DNA from: Lama guanicoe
Lineage: Eukaryota
Direction of reading: 5' to 3'
DNA length: 64,000 nucleotides
NCBI GenBank assembly: GCA_013239625.1
Contig: MU053995.1
Location: 434,001-498,000 of the forward strand
This document shows, piece after piece, positions 10,591-25,887 of this stretch. The stretch's first letter is position 1. Each line of letters starts with the position of its first letter. The position numbers and the translations under genes are program-made. Under the pieces are notes generated by a model. It saw only the letters and a program-made list of their open reading frames with translations. It did no database searches and was not told the origin of the DNA.

Positions 10591-13500
10591 GAAAGTTAGT
10601 AATGTTTCAAGTCAGTCTTACAGAAATCTTTCAATTGGCTGCATCAATTTACATTTTCAAAAACAGTACACAGAAGATGTCTTATCTCTACATCCTTGGC
10701 AGCACTTGTTATTTCTTGCCTTTTTGATAACAGCCGTTCTAACAAGTGTGAAGCATTTATCAGATTGAAGTTTTGATTTGCATTTCCGTGACTATTAGTG
10801 ATGTTGAGCATATTTTAATATGTTGTTCTCCATGTGTATGTCTTGGGGCTACTGTCTGACTACCTCCAATGGCTATTTTTTAATCAGGTTGTTTGTTGTT
10901 TGTGTTTGACTTGTATCCATTGTTTATATATTTTGGATATTTAACCCTTATTGGATACATAACTTCCAATATCTTCTCTCATTTGTTGATTATTTTCTTT
11001 ACTATGCAGAGGCTTTTAGTTTGTTGTTTTCTCCCTTGTTTATTTTTACTTTCATTGCTTTTGCTCTTGGTGTCAGATTCAAAAATTGTTGTAAAGATCT
11101 ATGTCAAAGATCTTACTGTCTGTATTTTTCTTTTGAAGTTTTATGGGTTCAATTCCTAAAAATCAAATTTTAATCCATTTCAGTTGATTTTTGTGTGTGG
11201 TTTCATTTTTGCATATACCTGTCTGGTTTTCGCTCACCATTTAATAGAGACTGTTCTATCCTGGTGGTGTATTCCTGGCTTCTTTGTGGTAAATTAACTG
11301 ACACGTCTATGTAGGTTTATTTGGGCTATGTATCCATTCCATTGATCAATATTGTCTGTTTTTAATGCCAATGTCATACTATTTAGATTTCTGTTACCAC
11401 CCTATTTTAGGGAGCATGATACCTCTAGCTTTGTTCTTATTTCTCAAGATTGCTTATGCTGTTGTAGTTTTTCCTGTGGTTCCATACAAATTTTAGAATA
11501 GTTGTTATATTTCTGTGAAAAAAAAAACTGTTGGAATTCTAATACATACTGCATTGAATCTGTAAATTGCTTTTATTCTTTGATATCTTATTCTTTAGTT
11601 GCAAATGAGATTATTTTCTTAATTGCTTTCTCTGTTAATTCATTGTTAATGGATAAAAATGCAATGATTTCTATATATTTATTTTGTACCCTGCAACTAT
11701 ACTGATCTTTTTTTATCAGTTCTAACAGATTTTTGCTGGAGTCTAGGGTTTTGTATATGAAATATTATATAAACTCCAAATAGTGGCTCTTTTTTTCCAA
11801 TTTGGATGTTTCATTTCTTTATCTTGCCTATTTGTTCTGGCTAGAACTTTTAATATTATGTTGAATTAAACTAGGGAGAGTAGACATACTTATCTTTATT
11901 CTGATCTTAGATTAAAAGCTTTCAGCTCTTCACCATTGAGTATGATGTTAGCTATTACTTTATCATAGATGATTTTTATTATGTTGAGATATGTTTCCAC
12001 TATATGCACTTTGTTGAGAGGTTTTCATCATGAAAGAATTTCAAATTTTCTCACATACTTCTGCATTTATTGATATGACTGTATGATTTTTTTCCCTTTA
12101 TTTTGTTATTGTGATATATCACATTGATTGGTTTGTGGTTTTTGAACCATCCATGTGTCTCTGAACTAAATCTGACATGATCATTTTGTATGATCCTCTT
12201 AATACATTGCTGAATTCTCTTTGCTAATATTTTATTGAGGATTTTTGCATCTATGTTTATCAGGGATATTGGATAGTAATTCCTATATTTGTGGCATCAT
12301 TGTCTGGTTTTGATGTTAGGGTAATACTAATTGTAAAATGAGTTGCAAGTGTTCCCTTCTCTTTAATTTCTTGGAAGAGTTTGAGAAAAATTGGTATTAA
12401 TATTTCTTTGAAACTTTGATAGAATTCAACAGTGAAGTCATTTGGTCTTAGGCTTTTGTTTGTTGCAGGATATTTGATTTCTGATTTAATCTTACTAATA
12501 GTAATTTGATCAATTTTCTATTTTTTATGATTCAGTTTTTGTAGGTTGTGTGTTTCTAAGAAATTAACCATTTCATCTAGGTTGTCAAACTTTAATTTAT
12601 ATTTGCTTCAATAATGTCTTATGATCTTTTGTATTTCTATGTAATCTGGTACGTTGATTGTGATATCTAGTTTTTCATTACTAATTTAATTTCTTTGAGT
12701 TCTCTATCTTTTTCTCTTGGTGAGTTAAGCTAAAGACTTATCATTTCATGTATCTTTTATTTACCATTTTGTTTTCACCTCTTAGTTTTCTTCATCTTTC
12801 TATTACTTTTTTATTGAAGTATAGATTTATAATATTACATTAATTTCTGTATTTTTGTGAAGATTATAGTCCATTATACATTAACACAAATAATGGCTAT
12901 AATTCCTGTGCTGTACAATATATCCTTATTGCTTATAATTTATACATAGTTTGTATCTCTTAATCCTGTAACCATAATTTGTCCCTTACCCTTCATTCCC
13001 CCTTTGGTAACCATTAATTTACTTTCTGTCTTTGGGTCTGTTTCTATTTTGCATACACACTCATTTGTATTATTTTTTAGATACCATATATGACTGATAT
13101 GCAATATTTGTCTTTCCCTTTCTAACTTATTTCACTAAGCATAATATTTTCTAATTCCAGTCACATTACTTCAAATGGCAGAATTTCATTCTTTTGTATG
13201 ACTCAGAAATATTCCATTGTATAAATATATACATCACCTCTTCTTTATCTAGTCATCTGTTGATGGACATTTAGTTTCTTTCCATGTCTTGGCTATTCTA
13301 AAAAGTACTACTCTGAACATTGAGATGCATGTATCTTTTCAAATTAGTATTTCCATTTTTTTCTGAATATGTACCCAGTAATGGAATTGTGGGATCATAC
13401 GATAGTTCTATTTTTAGATTTTTGAGGTAACTTTGTGCTGTTTTCCATGGTGGCTGTACTAATTTACAATTCTACCAAAAATGTCCAAGTGTTCCCTTTT

Positions 13501-16500
13501 CTCCACATCCTCTCCAGTATTTTTATTTGTAAACTTTTTTGATGATAGACATTCTGACAAGTGTGAGTAATATCTTGCTGTTTTGATTTGCGTTTCTCTA
13601 ACAATTAGTTATGAGCATCTTTTCATTTGTTCATTGGCCATCTGGATGTCTCCTTTGGAAAAATGCCTACTAAGATCTTCTGCTCATTTTTTGATTGGAT
13701 TGTTTGATTTTTTTAAATATTGAGTTACAGGTGCTATTTATATATGTTGGATTTTAACCCCTAATCAGTCACATCATTTGTAAATATTTTCTCTCATAAG
13801 TCTAATTAGGTCCCATTTGTTTATTTTTGCTTTTATTTCTTTTGCCTTAAGAGACCTTAAGAGACATCCAAAAAAATTATTGCCATGATTTGTGTCAAAG
13901 AGTGTTCTGCCTATGTTCTTTTATAGGAGTTTTTATAATTTCAGATCTTTTATTTAGTACTTTAAAACATTTTGGATTTACTTTTGTATATGGTGTGAGG
14001 GAATGTTCTTATTTTTATGTGTTGCTGTCCATTTTTTTTCCAGCACAACTTGTTGAAGAGACTCTCTTTTCTCCATTGTATCCTATATACTTCTTTTATC
14101 TTAGATTAGTTGGCTATAACTGCATGAATTTATTTCTGATCTGTCTATTCTATTGATATATATGTCTGTTTTTGTACCAGTGTCATGCTGTTTTGATTTC
14201 TGTAGCTTTGTCATACAGTCTGAAGCCTCCAGCTTATTTGTTTCTCCTAAAGATTGCTTTGGTAATTCAAGGTCTTTTGGCTCCATATATATTTTAGGAT
14301 TGTATGTTCCAATTCTGTGAAAAGTGTCATGGGCACTTTGTTAGAGATTGCATTAAATATGTAGATTATGTTTGCTCGTATGGTCATTTTAACAATAGTA
14401 ATCCTTTCAATGCAAGAGCATAGGGTATCTTTCTATTTCTTTGAATCACCTTCAGTTTTTTTCACCAGTGTTTCATAGCTCTCAGAGTTTAGGTCTTTTA
14501 CTTTGTTGGTTAAGTTTATTCCTAGTTATTTTATTGTTTCTGATGCAGTTTTAATTGAGATTGCTTTTACTTTCTGTTTGTGATATTTTGTTATTAGTGT
14601 AAATGCAGATTTTATCATCCAACTTTGCTGAATTCATTTTATTACTTGTTTTTCTGAGTTGTTTTTGTAGTTTTTCTCTGTTCTTTCCTTTTGTTTCTTC
14701 ATTGTGGTTTGATAATTTATTTAGTGGTATGTCTGTGTCAGTTTTTCTCTTATTTTTGTCTATATATTGTAGTTTTTGATTTGTAGTTACCATGGGGTTC
14801 ATATATGTTGACTCATAACTGTATCTATTTGTTTTAAACAGATGGTCCTTTAGGTTCTAACCATTCTAAATAATCTAAATTTTCACACTACTCCCATTTT
14901 GAGTTTTTGATGTCATATTTTACATGTTTATGTTTATCCTTTTACTGATGATGGTAAGTATACTTGATTTTATAATTTTTTGTCTTTTAATTCTTGTACT
15001 AGTGTGTTTAAGTCATTGATAATCAGCCTTCACTATATATTTGCCTTTGGTAGTAGGATTTTTCCTTTTCTACGGATACTTCTTATTATTTTTTACCTCC
15101 CAGATAGGGAAGACCCTATAACTTTCTTTAAGGTTTGTTTAGTGTTGATGTTCTCTTTTAATTTTTGTTTGTCTGAGAAGTTGTTTATCTCTTCTTCAAT
15201 TCTAAGTGATAATCTTATTGGGTGGAGTTTCCTACATTGCAGGTTTTCCCTTTCAGCACTTTGAATATATCATGGCACTTACTTCTGGCCAGCAAAGATT
15301 CTTTAGAAAAATCAGCTAAAATTATTCCAGGGTGTTTCCTTGTAACTAACTTTCTGTTTTTCTCTTGCTGTCTTTAAAATTATCTCTTTAACTTTTCCAT
15401 TTTAGTTATGATGTGTCTTTTAGTGAGTCTCTTTAGATTATTCTTATTTGGGACCCTCAGTGCTTCCTGTACCTGGATATCTGTTTCCTTCTTCAGGTTT
15501 AGGAATTTTTCAATGATTTTTTTCACATTTATTTTCAACCAGATTGTCTTCTTTTTAATGTGAATGTTGATCTGCTTGATGCTGTCTCAGAGATGTCTTA
15601 AACTGTTTTCATTTTTTTACTTGCTTTTTTTTCCTGTTTTGATGAGTGATTACCATTATTCTATGTTTCAGACCACTTCAATATATTCTTCTGTGTCACT
15701 TAATCTGCTATTAATTCATTCTGTGTGCTTTTCATTTCAGTTGTATTCTTTGTTTCTGACTAGTTCTTTTTTCATATTTTTCATTCTTCTGTAAAAGTAT
15801 AATGGCATTCAACTATTCTTTTCCTTAACTCAGCATTCTTAATTATAATCGCTTAAATTCTTTATCTGGTAAATGGTTTGTTTTTGTTTTATTAGTTGTT
15901 TTTACAGGGGGATCTCGCTTAATCTTTTCACTGAGAAAAATTCCTCTGTCTTTTAACTTTGCTTAACTCTCTATGTCTATGAAATTATGTGAAATGCTGA
16001 TCTATTGCAGTCTTGAAGAGTGATCATTATGTTGGAGCATCCCTATACAGCCTTCCTGTGTCCATTGGCTTTGGTGTGAGAGTTGGATTTGCCTAGATAA
16101 CAAATGATGTCTTTTCCCAGTGTGTGCTGGGTGCTATCACCTTGGTAGGAAGTGAGGTTGGAGTTGGAGTGGCTAGCTGCAGAGCCAGGTATGAATGGGG
16201 CTTCTATCCTGAGTGGCCATCACTCTCCTGTTCAGGGTACTGTAAGACACCAAGTTACTGAAACAGAATCTTCGAAGTTTAGGTCCAAGCCAGCTCTGTT
16301 TTTTCAAGTGTGTGCTCTCCTTGCTCCAGATACTGGCACCAACACACTAGAGGAGAGTAGCACTCAAATAAGAGGTGCTGAAAGTGGGTATTTGGCAAAG
16401 GCCAGCTTATGTGCTGTGAAAGTCTGGCCATAATCCAAGATCCAGGGTGCCTTTGACAAGCTTCCATGTAGCACCAAAAATGGCATCTCTTGCTGCCAGG

Positions 16501-18847
16501 TGCAAATTAGGGTTTGAGCTACCTCAGCATCTCACAACTGAGGTCTTTCCTCAGTCACAGCAGCTCTTGTGAGAAAGGTGGGGCTGAAGTGTTTGCTCAG
16601 CTGAGGCTTGGATGCCCACTGGGGTGGTTATGGGAAACTAGTCAGCTATTACTGGGTTCTCAATCTACCCACTCTGCTCAGCTTCAGGAGCAGGAAATGC
16701 TCACGCATTTCTTATGAAGGAGTCAAGTCTTCTCATATCTCTCTTGTTAGTCCCACTGGCCTTCCAATCAACCAAGAGGACTCATCTTCCTTTTGTTGGA
16801 TACCATGGTTGGTGTGCCAATATGTGGCTTGATCCATTCTCCAGAGTAGATTTCTGCCCATGTCATCTCCCTTTTCCTCTGAGTCCTCTTTCAGGGGCAC
16901 AGGTCCTAACCTGATCATTTTTCTTTCCTTCCTCCCTAATTTTGTGTGAATCATTTGTACGAGCCTCATTTTGCAGGACTTTGTATGCAAGACTCCAATT
17001 AGTTTTCACTGAAAATCTATTCTACATATAGATACACTTTTGATGTGTTCATGGGGGGAGGTAAATTCCACATCCTCTTACCCCACCATCTTGATCCAAG
17101 CATCCCTCTGTTTATTTTTCAATCAGATTTTTTCCTATTGTATTGAATAAGTTTTAAATATTTTACACATTAACTTCTTATTCAGATGTATAAGTTATAA
17201 ATGTATACAGCTGAAATTTTGAGAAGTATTTTTTTGAGTCTATAGATTGCTTTGTATCTAGTATGTACATTTTAACAACATTAATTCTTTGAATTCATAA
17301 GCATGGAGTATCTTTTCATTTATTTGTGTCTTCAATTTCTTTAATTAATGTATTACCTTTACAATAGTAAAGGATTTTCACCTCTTTGATAAAATTACTC
17401 TAAGGTATTTTATACTTTTGATTCAATTGTAAATGATACTGCTTTCTTAATTACCTTTTTTCCTTTTTTACAAGTCCATCTCTTTTTAAAGTGTATATTT
17501 ATTAAGTAGAACTATAACTGATTTATAATATTATATTTATTTCAGGTATATAGCAAAGTAATTGAGAAAAGAATCCGAAAAGGAATATCTATATTCTTTT
17601 CTACTATAGGTTATTACAAAATACTGAATATAGATCCTCATGCTATACAATAAATCTTTGTTGTTTATCTGTTTTATATGCTCTGTCTGTTAATCCCATA
17701 CTTCTAACTTGTCCCTTCCCACCCTTTCCCCTTTATTAACCATGTTTGTCTTTTATGTCATAACTTTGTTTCTGTAAATAAGTTTATTTGTATTATTTTA
17801 AAGATTCCGTATATATGTCATATTACATGTGTGTATGTGTGTGTATCTCACACATCTTCTTTATCCATCATCTGTTGATGAATGCGTAAGTCACCTACAT
17901 GTCTGCCATTGTAAATCGTCCTGCTTTGGTGTACATGTATGTTTTCAAATTAGTGTTTTTGGTTTTTTCTGAATACATGCCCAGAAATGGGATTGCTAGA
18001 TCATATGGTACCTCTATTTTAGGTTTTTCAGTAACCTGTATACTATAGTGGCTGCACCCATTTACATTCCTATTAACAGTGTAGAAGGATACCCTTTTCT
18101 CTAGCATTTATTTCTACACTTTTTGATGACCATTCTGACAAGTGTAGGATAATGGCTCATTGTGCTTTTTATTTCAATTTCTTTAATAATTAGCAATGTT
18201 GAGCATCTTTTCCTGTGCCTGTTGGCCATGTGTATGTCTTCTTTGTAGAGATATTTATTTAGGTCTCCTGCCCGTTTTTGATTGGATTATTTGGGATTTG
18301 TTGTTGTTGTTGTTACTGAGTTGTGTGAACTGTTTGTATACTTTGGATATTTTTTACATTCTCTTGATATTTCATAGTGTAAAGAAATGCCATATGTTTC
18401 TTTATATATTAATCTTGTACCCTGCTACCTTGCTGAATTCATACATTTGTTCTACTACTTTGTGTCTGAAGTGTTTAGAGTTTTCTGTATAGAATATCAT
18501 CTGCATATAACAACTGCAAATACTTCTTCCCTTCCAATTTGGACACATTTTATTTCTTTTTTTAATTTGACTGATGGCTGTGGCTATGATTTCCAAAACC
18601 ATGTTGAATAGAAGTGGTGAGAGTGGGTATCCTTGTCTTGTTCCTAATTTGAGCAAAAAAGCTTTTAGTTCTTACCCACTGAATATCATATTGGCTATGG
18701 GATTCTTATAAATGGCTTTTATTATGTTGAGATTTGTTCCTCCTATACCTATTTTGGTAAGGGTTTTTATCATGAATGGATGTTGAATTTTATCAAATGC
18801 TTTTTCTGTTGAGATGTTCAGGTGGTTTTTATCTTTTCTTTCTTTTT

Positions 18848-19370
18848 TTTAATTAATAGACTTTATTTTTTAGAGCAGTTTCAGGTTCACAGCAGAACTG
18901 AGCAGAAAATACAGAGAGTTCACACATAGCCCTCCCCACCCACACATATATATTCTCCTGCTCTCAACATCCCTCATCAGTGTAGCATATTTCATACAAT
19001 CAATGAAACAACATGAGCACATTATTATCAACCAAAGTCCACAGTTTACATTAGGGTTCACTCTTGGTGTTGTATATTCTATGGGTTTTAATAAATGCAT
19101 AATGACATGCATCCACCACTATTATATATAGAATAATTTCATTTCCCTAAAAACCCATCTGTGCTCCATCTATTCTTTTCCTCCTTCCATCCCTCTCCGT
19201 AAATCCCTGGAAACCACAATATTTTCATTGCTTCTGTAGGTTTGCCTTTTCCAGAATGTCTTTTGGTTGGTATGGTACAGTTTGTAGCCTTTTCAAACTG
19301 GCTTCTTTCTTTTAGTAATATGTCTTTTAAGTTTCTTCCATGTCTTTCATGGCTTGATAGGTCCTTCTTT
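18848..19370 (-). mobile_element. L1MC1-like 3' end
   Basis: TTAATAGACTTTATTTTTTAGAGCAGTTTCAGGTTCACAGCAGAACTGAGCAGAAAATACAGAGAGTTC matches the recalled L1MC1-type terminus; a plus-strand relative is at 34966-35345. Confidence 0.75.
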
Positions 19371-22300
19371 TTTCTGCACATATATTTTTTAATTTACATA
19401 TATGTACTGTTCATTGTTTCTAAGAATGTTTAGATCTTTAGCTGTTTAAACTTACATAGTTATAAAAGGAATAAAGCCAACCACAAAATAATAATTAATA
19501 CAAAAAGATACATGCACCCTGCTATTAACAGTAACATTATTTACAATTGCCAAGATATGGAAGCATCCTAAGTACACATCAATAGTTAAACAGATAATGA
19601 AGATGCAGTATATAAAATAGTGCATACATGTATGTAATGGAATACAACTGACCCATAAGAAAGAAGGATATTTTGCCATTTGTGACCCTTTCTTCATTTT
19701 TTTCACTTCAAAGACAAAAAAATTATAACCAACATAAACATTGCCATTACAACAAAAACAACAAAATATCTAGAAATAAACTTAACCAAGGAGGCTACCT
19801 GTACTCCAAAAACCATAATGACACAAAGAAATGGAGACCTTTCTTGTGCTCTCGGATTAGAAGAATCAGCATTATCAAAATGGCCACACTGCCCAAAGCA
19901 ATCCACAGATCCAGTGCAAACCCTGTCAAAATACTCACGACATTTTTCACAGAACTAGAAGAAACAAGTGCAAAATTTATCAGGAACCACAAAAAGACTT
20001 TGAACAGCCAAAGCAATCTTGTGTAGGTCTTTTTTTTTTAAGTCTTTCTTCTTTTTGTTCTCTTTTCTTATGGTTTGTTGACTAGAGAAAGTCCTTTAAC
20101 ATTTGTTGTAAAGCTTGTTTGGTGGTGCTGAAGTCTTTTAGCTTTAGCTTATCTGAAAAGCTTTTGATTTCTCGCTTAAGTCTAAATGAGAGCCTTGCTG
20201 AATAGAGTATTCTTGGTGAGAAGTTTTCCCCTTTCATCACTTTATTTTATTTTTTAAACTTTTTTTTATTGAGGTATAGTCATTTTACAATGTATCCAAT
20301 TCCAGTGTACAGCACAATTTTTCAGTTATACATGAACATATATATATTCATGTCACTTTTTTTTTCACTATGAGCTACCACAAGATCTTGTGTATATTTC
20401 CCTATGCTACACAGTATAATCTTGTTTATCATCTACATTCTGAAACCCAATCTGTCCCTTCCCAGCCCCGCCCCCTTGGCAACCACAAGTTTGTATTCTA
20501 TGCCTATGAGTCCGTTCCTGTTTTATGTTTATGTTTTGTTTTGTTTTGTTTTTTTAGAGTCCACATATGAGCGATCTCATATGGTATTTTTCTTTCTCTT
20601 TCTGGATTACTTCACTTAGAATGATATTCTCCAGGAACATCCATGTTGCTGCAAATGGCGTTATGTTGTCAGTTTATATGGCTGAATAGTATTCCATTGT
20701 ATAAAAATACCACTTCTTCTTAATCCAGTCATCTGTTGATGGACATTTAGGCTGTTTCCATGTCTTGGCTATTGTAAATAGTGCTGCTATGAACATTGGC
20801 TACTTCAGAATGACACCTGCACCCTAATGTTCATAGCATCACTTTAAATATATTGTGCCACTCCCTTCTGACCTGTAGAGTTTCTGCTGAAAAATCAGCT
20901 GATAACCTTATGTGAGTTCCCTTGCATGTTATCTGTTGCTTTTCTCTTGCTAATTTTAATATTTTCTCCTTACCCTTAATTGTTGTCAGTTTGATGACTA
21001 CGTGCCTTGGTGTGTTCCTCTTTGGGTTGATCCTGTGTGGTACTCTCTGCACTTTCTGAACTTGGGTGAGTGTTTCCTTTCCCACATTGGGGAAGTTTTC
21101 AGTGATTATATCTCCAAAAATGTTCTCAAGTTCTTTCTCTCTTCTCTTTCTGGGACCCCTGTAATATGAATATTAGATTGCTTCATGTTGTCCCAGAGTT
21201 CTCTTAAACTATTCTCGTTTCTTTTCTTTTCTTTTCTTTTCTTTTCTTTTTTCTGTTCTGCAGTAGTGATTTCCACTTATCTGTCTTCTAGCTCAGTGAT
21301 CAATTCTTCTGCCTCATTTACTCTATTCTTGGTTCCTTCCAGTGTGTTACTTATTTCAGTGATTTTATTCTTCAACTGTGTTTGGGTATTCTTTATATTT
21401 TCCAAGTCTTTGCTAATAAGTTCACTCTGCATTTATGCTCCTCCTGAGTTCTCTGAACATCTTGGCCATCATTACTTTAAACTCCTTCTCAGATAAATTG
21501 CCTATCTCCTCATCACTTATTTCTTCCTCTAGGATTTTATCTTATGCCTTGGCCTGGGAGACATTTCTCTGCTGCCTTATATTGTCTACCTTTCTAGTTG
21601 TATTTTTAGGTAGTTTGGTTACTTTTCTTGACCTTGGAAAGGTGGCCCTCTGTGAGAGAGGTCCTATGCATCCCAGAAGTGCATTCCTCTCTTGTCACCC
21701 AAGGGCCAAGGACCAACTGGTCCCAGTGTAGAGTCTGGCCTGTGTTTGTGGACTCCTTCCACAGGCTTTGGGATTGCTGTGTTCTTATTTCTGGAATCTG
21801 CCCCTGGTGGATGAGGCTGGACTAGAGGCTCATGCAGGTTTCCTGGCAGGAGGAGCCAGTGCCTCCCCACTGCTAGTTGGAGATTGGTCCTGGACCTCTG
21901 GTAGGTAGGGCCATGTCTAGAGGCCTTTGTGGCTCAGGAAGTCTGCTGATGGGTGGGGCTGTGTTCCTACCCTGTGTGTTGTTTGGCCTGAAGCTGCCCT
22001 ACAGGCTGTTGGGTGGGGCTAGGTGTTGGTGATAATGATCTAATCAAGATGTCAGCCTCCAGGAAAGTTCATGTAGATGAACACTCCTGGAATGTCTGCC
22101 ACTAGCTTTTATGTCCCCTGGGTGAGTCTCAGCCGTCCTCCATCAAGGAGATCTTCGAAAACTAGAAGGCAGGTATGGCCCAGGTTTCTAGGCCTCTGCC
22201 CTTGGACCTGGTGCATGCAAGACTTTGTGTACTGTTTCCAAGAAAATGAAGTCTCTGTCTCCCCAGTTCTGTGGGGCTCCTGGAGCTAAGCCTCACTGGC

Positions 22301-25300
22301 CTTCATAACCAGATGTCCTGAGATGTCCTCTCCTCTTCCCAATGCCAGAAACCCAGGCTGGGAAGGCTGATATGGGGTTTAGAACGCCCACTCCTATGGG
22401 AAGGCCTCTGTAATTTCAGCTTGTGGATCGCCCACCCAGGGGAAATGGGGTACAATTATGTCTTGAGCACACCCCTCCTACCATCCTACTGTGGTTTCCT
22501 CTGTATGTTTCCAGTTAAAGATCTTTTTTGCTACGTTCCAGTCTTTTTTTCTAATGATTATTCAGTCCATTGTGATTTGGTTGTAGTCTTGGGGAAAAGC
22601 AAGCTTGTGGTCCTACTATTCCACCATCTTGATCAGAAATGGGCTTTGAATATATCTTGTCACTTCTTTCTGGCCTTCAAACTTTTTGTGGAGAAATCAG
22701 CTGATAACTTTATGAGGGTTCCCCTGTAACTGATTTTGTGTTTTTCTCCTGTTGCCTTTGAATCCCTTCTTTATTTTTAAATTTTGTCAAATTAATTATT
22801 TAATGTTTTCATGTAGATTTGTTTGGATTCATCTTGTTTGAGACCCTCTTTGCTTCCTATACTTGAATATTTGTTTCTTTCTTTAGGTTTGGGAAGTTTT
22901 CAGCCATAATTTCTTCAAATACATTTTGATACCCTTTTCTTTCTTCTTCTTCTGGGACCCCTATTATGTGTAGGTTGACATGCTTTATATTATCCCATAG
23001 GTCTTATAAGTTGGTTTCCTTTTTTCCATTTATCGTTCTGTCTTATGTTGTGATTGGGTAATTTCCATTTTTCTATCTTTTAGATGACTTATTTGTACTG
23101 CATTAATAGTGTGCCATTTATTGCCTTTAGCTCAAGTTTTATTTTGACAATTGAGTTGTGTAGTTCTGGTTGTCTCCTCTTTATAGTTTCTAGGGCCTTG
23201 TTACAGTGATCTGCATTTCTATTGATTGTCTTTCTTAATTCCTTCAGTATTTTTATTGCCTCCTTTTTGACCTCAGATTCTGGTAGACTGGAGAAGTCTA
23301 TTTTATTGTTTGTTCTTTCAGAGAATTTCTCTTGTCTTTTAATTTGGAGTGGTTCCTCTGTTTTTTAATTCTACTTATATATCTCTGACTATATGCAGTT
23401 TTCCATTGTGATCCTGAAGGTTTGTTTTTATGTGTGAGCATCCCTATGTAGCCTGCATGAGTCCAGTGTTTTTGCTGTGATGGCTTTTTTTGGTATGGAT
23501 ACCTGCCACATGTTTCCTTCACATGTTCTGGCTGTTATTTCCTTGATAAGTAGTATAATCCATGTTGCGGTGACCAGAGCCTGCAATGGGTGTTGGATGG
23601 GGCCTCCATTTAATTGTGGTTGTCATAGTCCTGTCACAGGCAATATATGCTCCCCAGCTGCCCCAGATCTTTTTCTAAGTTGCATTTGAGGTAGGTGTGA
23701 CTGGATCACTCTCTCTGAGAAAAAAAAATCTGCTGTTTGTTCTTCCCCACGTGCTGTCTGGTGGGACAAGCATCTCTTTGACACTCCCTGCCACTCAGTG
23801 TGTGTTCTCACAAAATTTGCTGCTGCTGCTGTCCCCAAAACTGCCTCAGTGTTCAGTGCATTTGCCTTCCCAAAGCATGAGCTCTGAGAATCTGCAGAAG
23901 CCATGCTTGCCTTTTGAGTGCTGACAGTTGGTTCAGGTGTCACCCCTGCCTCCGTGTGCTAGAATCACCTTTGCTGTGGGAGCATAGATAATCAACTGAG
24001 CCTTCAATTCTGCCTCCAGTAAATGTACTCTTCTGCAGCCTGCTGCAGCTTAAGCTGTGCCCTGCCTTAGCACACTGACAATCTTCTATGATGGACCTAC
24101 ATTCCACCCTTTGCACATTGATAATGGGGCTCCAGTGACAAACCTGCATTTCATCCTTCTCTCACCTCCAATTGCAGTCTGGACCACACTACAGGCCTTT
24201 CAGTCTGTCTCTACATGGTCAAACTAAGTCTTCTCCCTGGCTCTGTCTCCTGAAGCCCAAATTTCAGCACCCAGTTACTGCACACAGCAGTAGGCTTACA
24301 TCTCCAGCTGGTAAGTGCAATGTCATGGCAGTTCTCAGTGCCAGTTCTTCTCTACCTGGCCTGGTAGCAAGTCAGCACTGGCACAGTTCTCTTGAGCAAA
24401 ATTTAGACCACTGACGCTCTCTATCTATCCTGTCAAATGTCCCAGCTGGTGAAGGAGGTTTCCAGGATGAGGGAATCTTTTCTCTTTCATAGCTCCCTTC
24501 AAGGGCCATAGTTATCCCCATTTCTTATTCTTTTTTTCTTTTATCCTACTCTGTTATGTCAGGATCTTTTTGGTTGTTAACAGACAGCTTTTATTTGGCA
24601 TTCTCTAAGAATTGTTCAAAGTATATTTTTGATGTACTTGTTGAGAGAGGTGAGCTCCATTTCCTTCTACTCCATCTTAATCTCCTCCTTGAACAATATA
24701 GTCTATAGAAAAGCAACTGATTTTTCATTTACTAATTTTATGCCTTACATATTTACTAAAATCATTTGTTAGGTCTAACACATTTTTGATGTACTCTAGG
24801 TTTTTGTATATCTAGTATTATGTCATCTGCCAATAGAATGTTTTACTTCTTTCCTTTCAATTTAAATGGCTTCTACTTACTTATTTTTGCCTAATTTCTT
24901 TAGCTAGAATTTCAATATTATGTTTAATTGACAGATGTGGGCATCCTTGTTTCTTCCTGACCTTAGACAAAAAGCTTTCAAATTTCTGTCATTGAGTATA
25001 AAGTTAGCTATGGGATTGTCACATATGACATTTAATATGTGTAGGTGTGTTTCCTCTACCCACTTATTTGAGAGATTTATCATGAATCAATATTTAATAT
25101 TGCCAAATGTTATTTTTCATATCTTAACATATTCATAGTATTTTGTTTTTCATTTTCTTAATATGGTATATCACATTAATTAATTTGCAGATGCTAAATG
25201 TACTTGCAGCCCTGGATAGATCCCACTTGATCATGTAGTATGATCCTTTTTAATATCTTACTGAAGTCTATTTACTAATATTTTGTTGAGGATTTTTCCA

Positions 25301-25372
25301 TTTATGTCATTAGGGATATTGGCTTATAATTCCTTTCTTGTAGCAGCCTCATGTGATTTTGTAGCAATGTAA

Positions 25373-25887
25373 TGTTACCAAGTCAAAACTCATACTGACA
25401 GGCCAAAAATTGAGAGATGAGGTGTTGGGGTGAGGAATAATGACCATACTTGGAAAGCCAGCAGACCAAGTAGATGGTGGACTAGTGTTCCAAAGAACCA
25501 TCTTACCCACATTAGAATTCGGGCTTCTTTTATACTAAAAGGGGTGTGAATGGTTGTTGCAGACTTCTTGGTGCCTGTCACACCCTGGAAGGATCCTTTG
25601 TTCTTGCAGTTGTCTTGAGATCTGGCTATGATGTTCCTGTAAACTTCCAGCAAGATCAAAATTATTCTCCATTTTTATCTCTATATGAATAAAAATTGTT
25701 ACACTTTTAAAGGTCAAGCCTGAGAAGCAAAGTCTTGAGAAGGGGCTTCGGTTTATTTAAGGCTACAGGTAACAGTCTTTTACAGCGGTGCAGAGATAGC
25801 ATGACTAAGCATAGGCAACAGAGCACAAAGTTTAGAACTAAAGGAATAGATCCAGTGTGTAGTCACATTTGTTCTCCTTTACTGAAT
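25373..25887 (-). mobile_element. Solo ERV1 LTR (MER41-like) inserted in an L1
   Basis: Interrupts L1 ORF2 between GTAATG and GCCTTATAAAATGAGTTTGG. Internal GATGGTGGACTAGTGTTCCAAAGAACCATCTT, CTTTTATACTAAAAGGGG and GATGTTCCTGTAAACTTCCAGCAAGA are typical of this LTR class. Confidence 0.7.
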
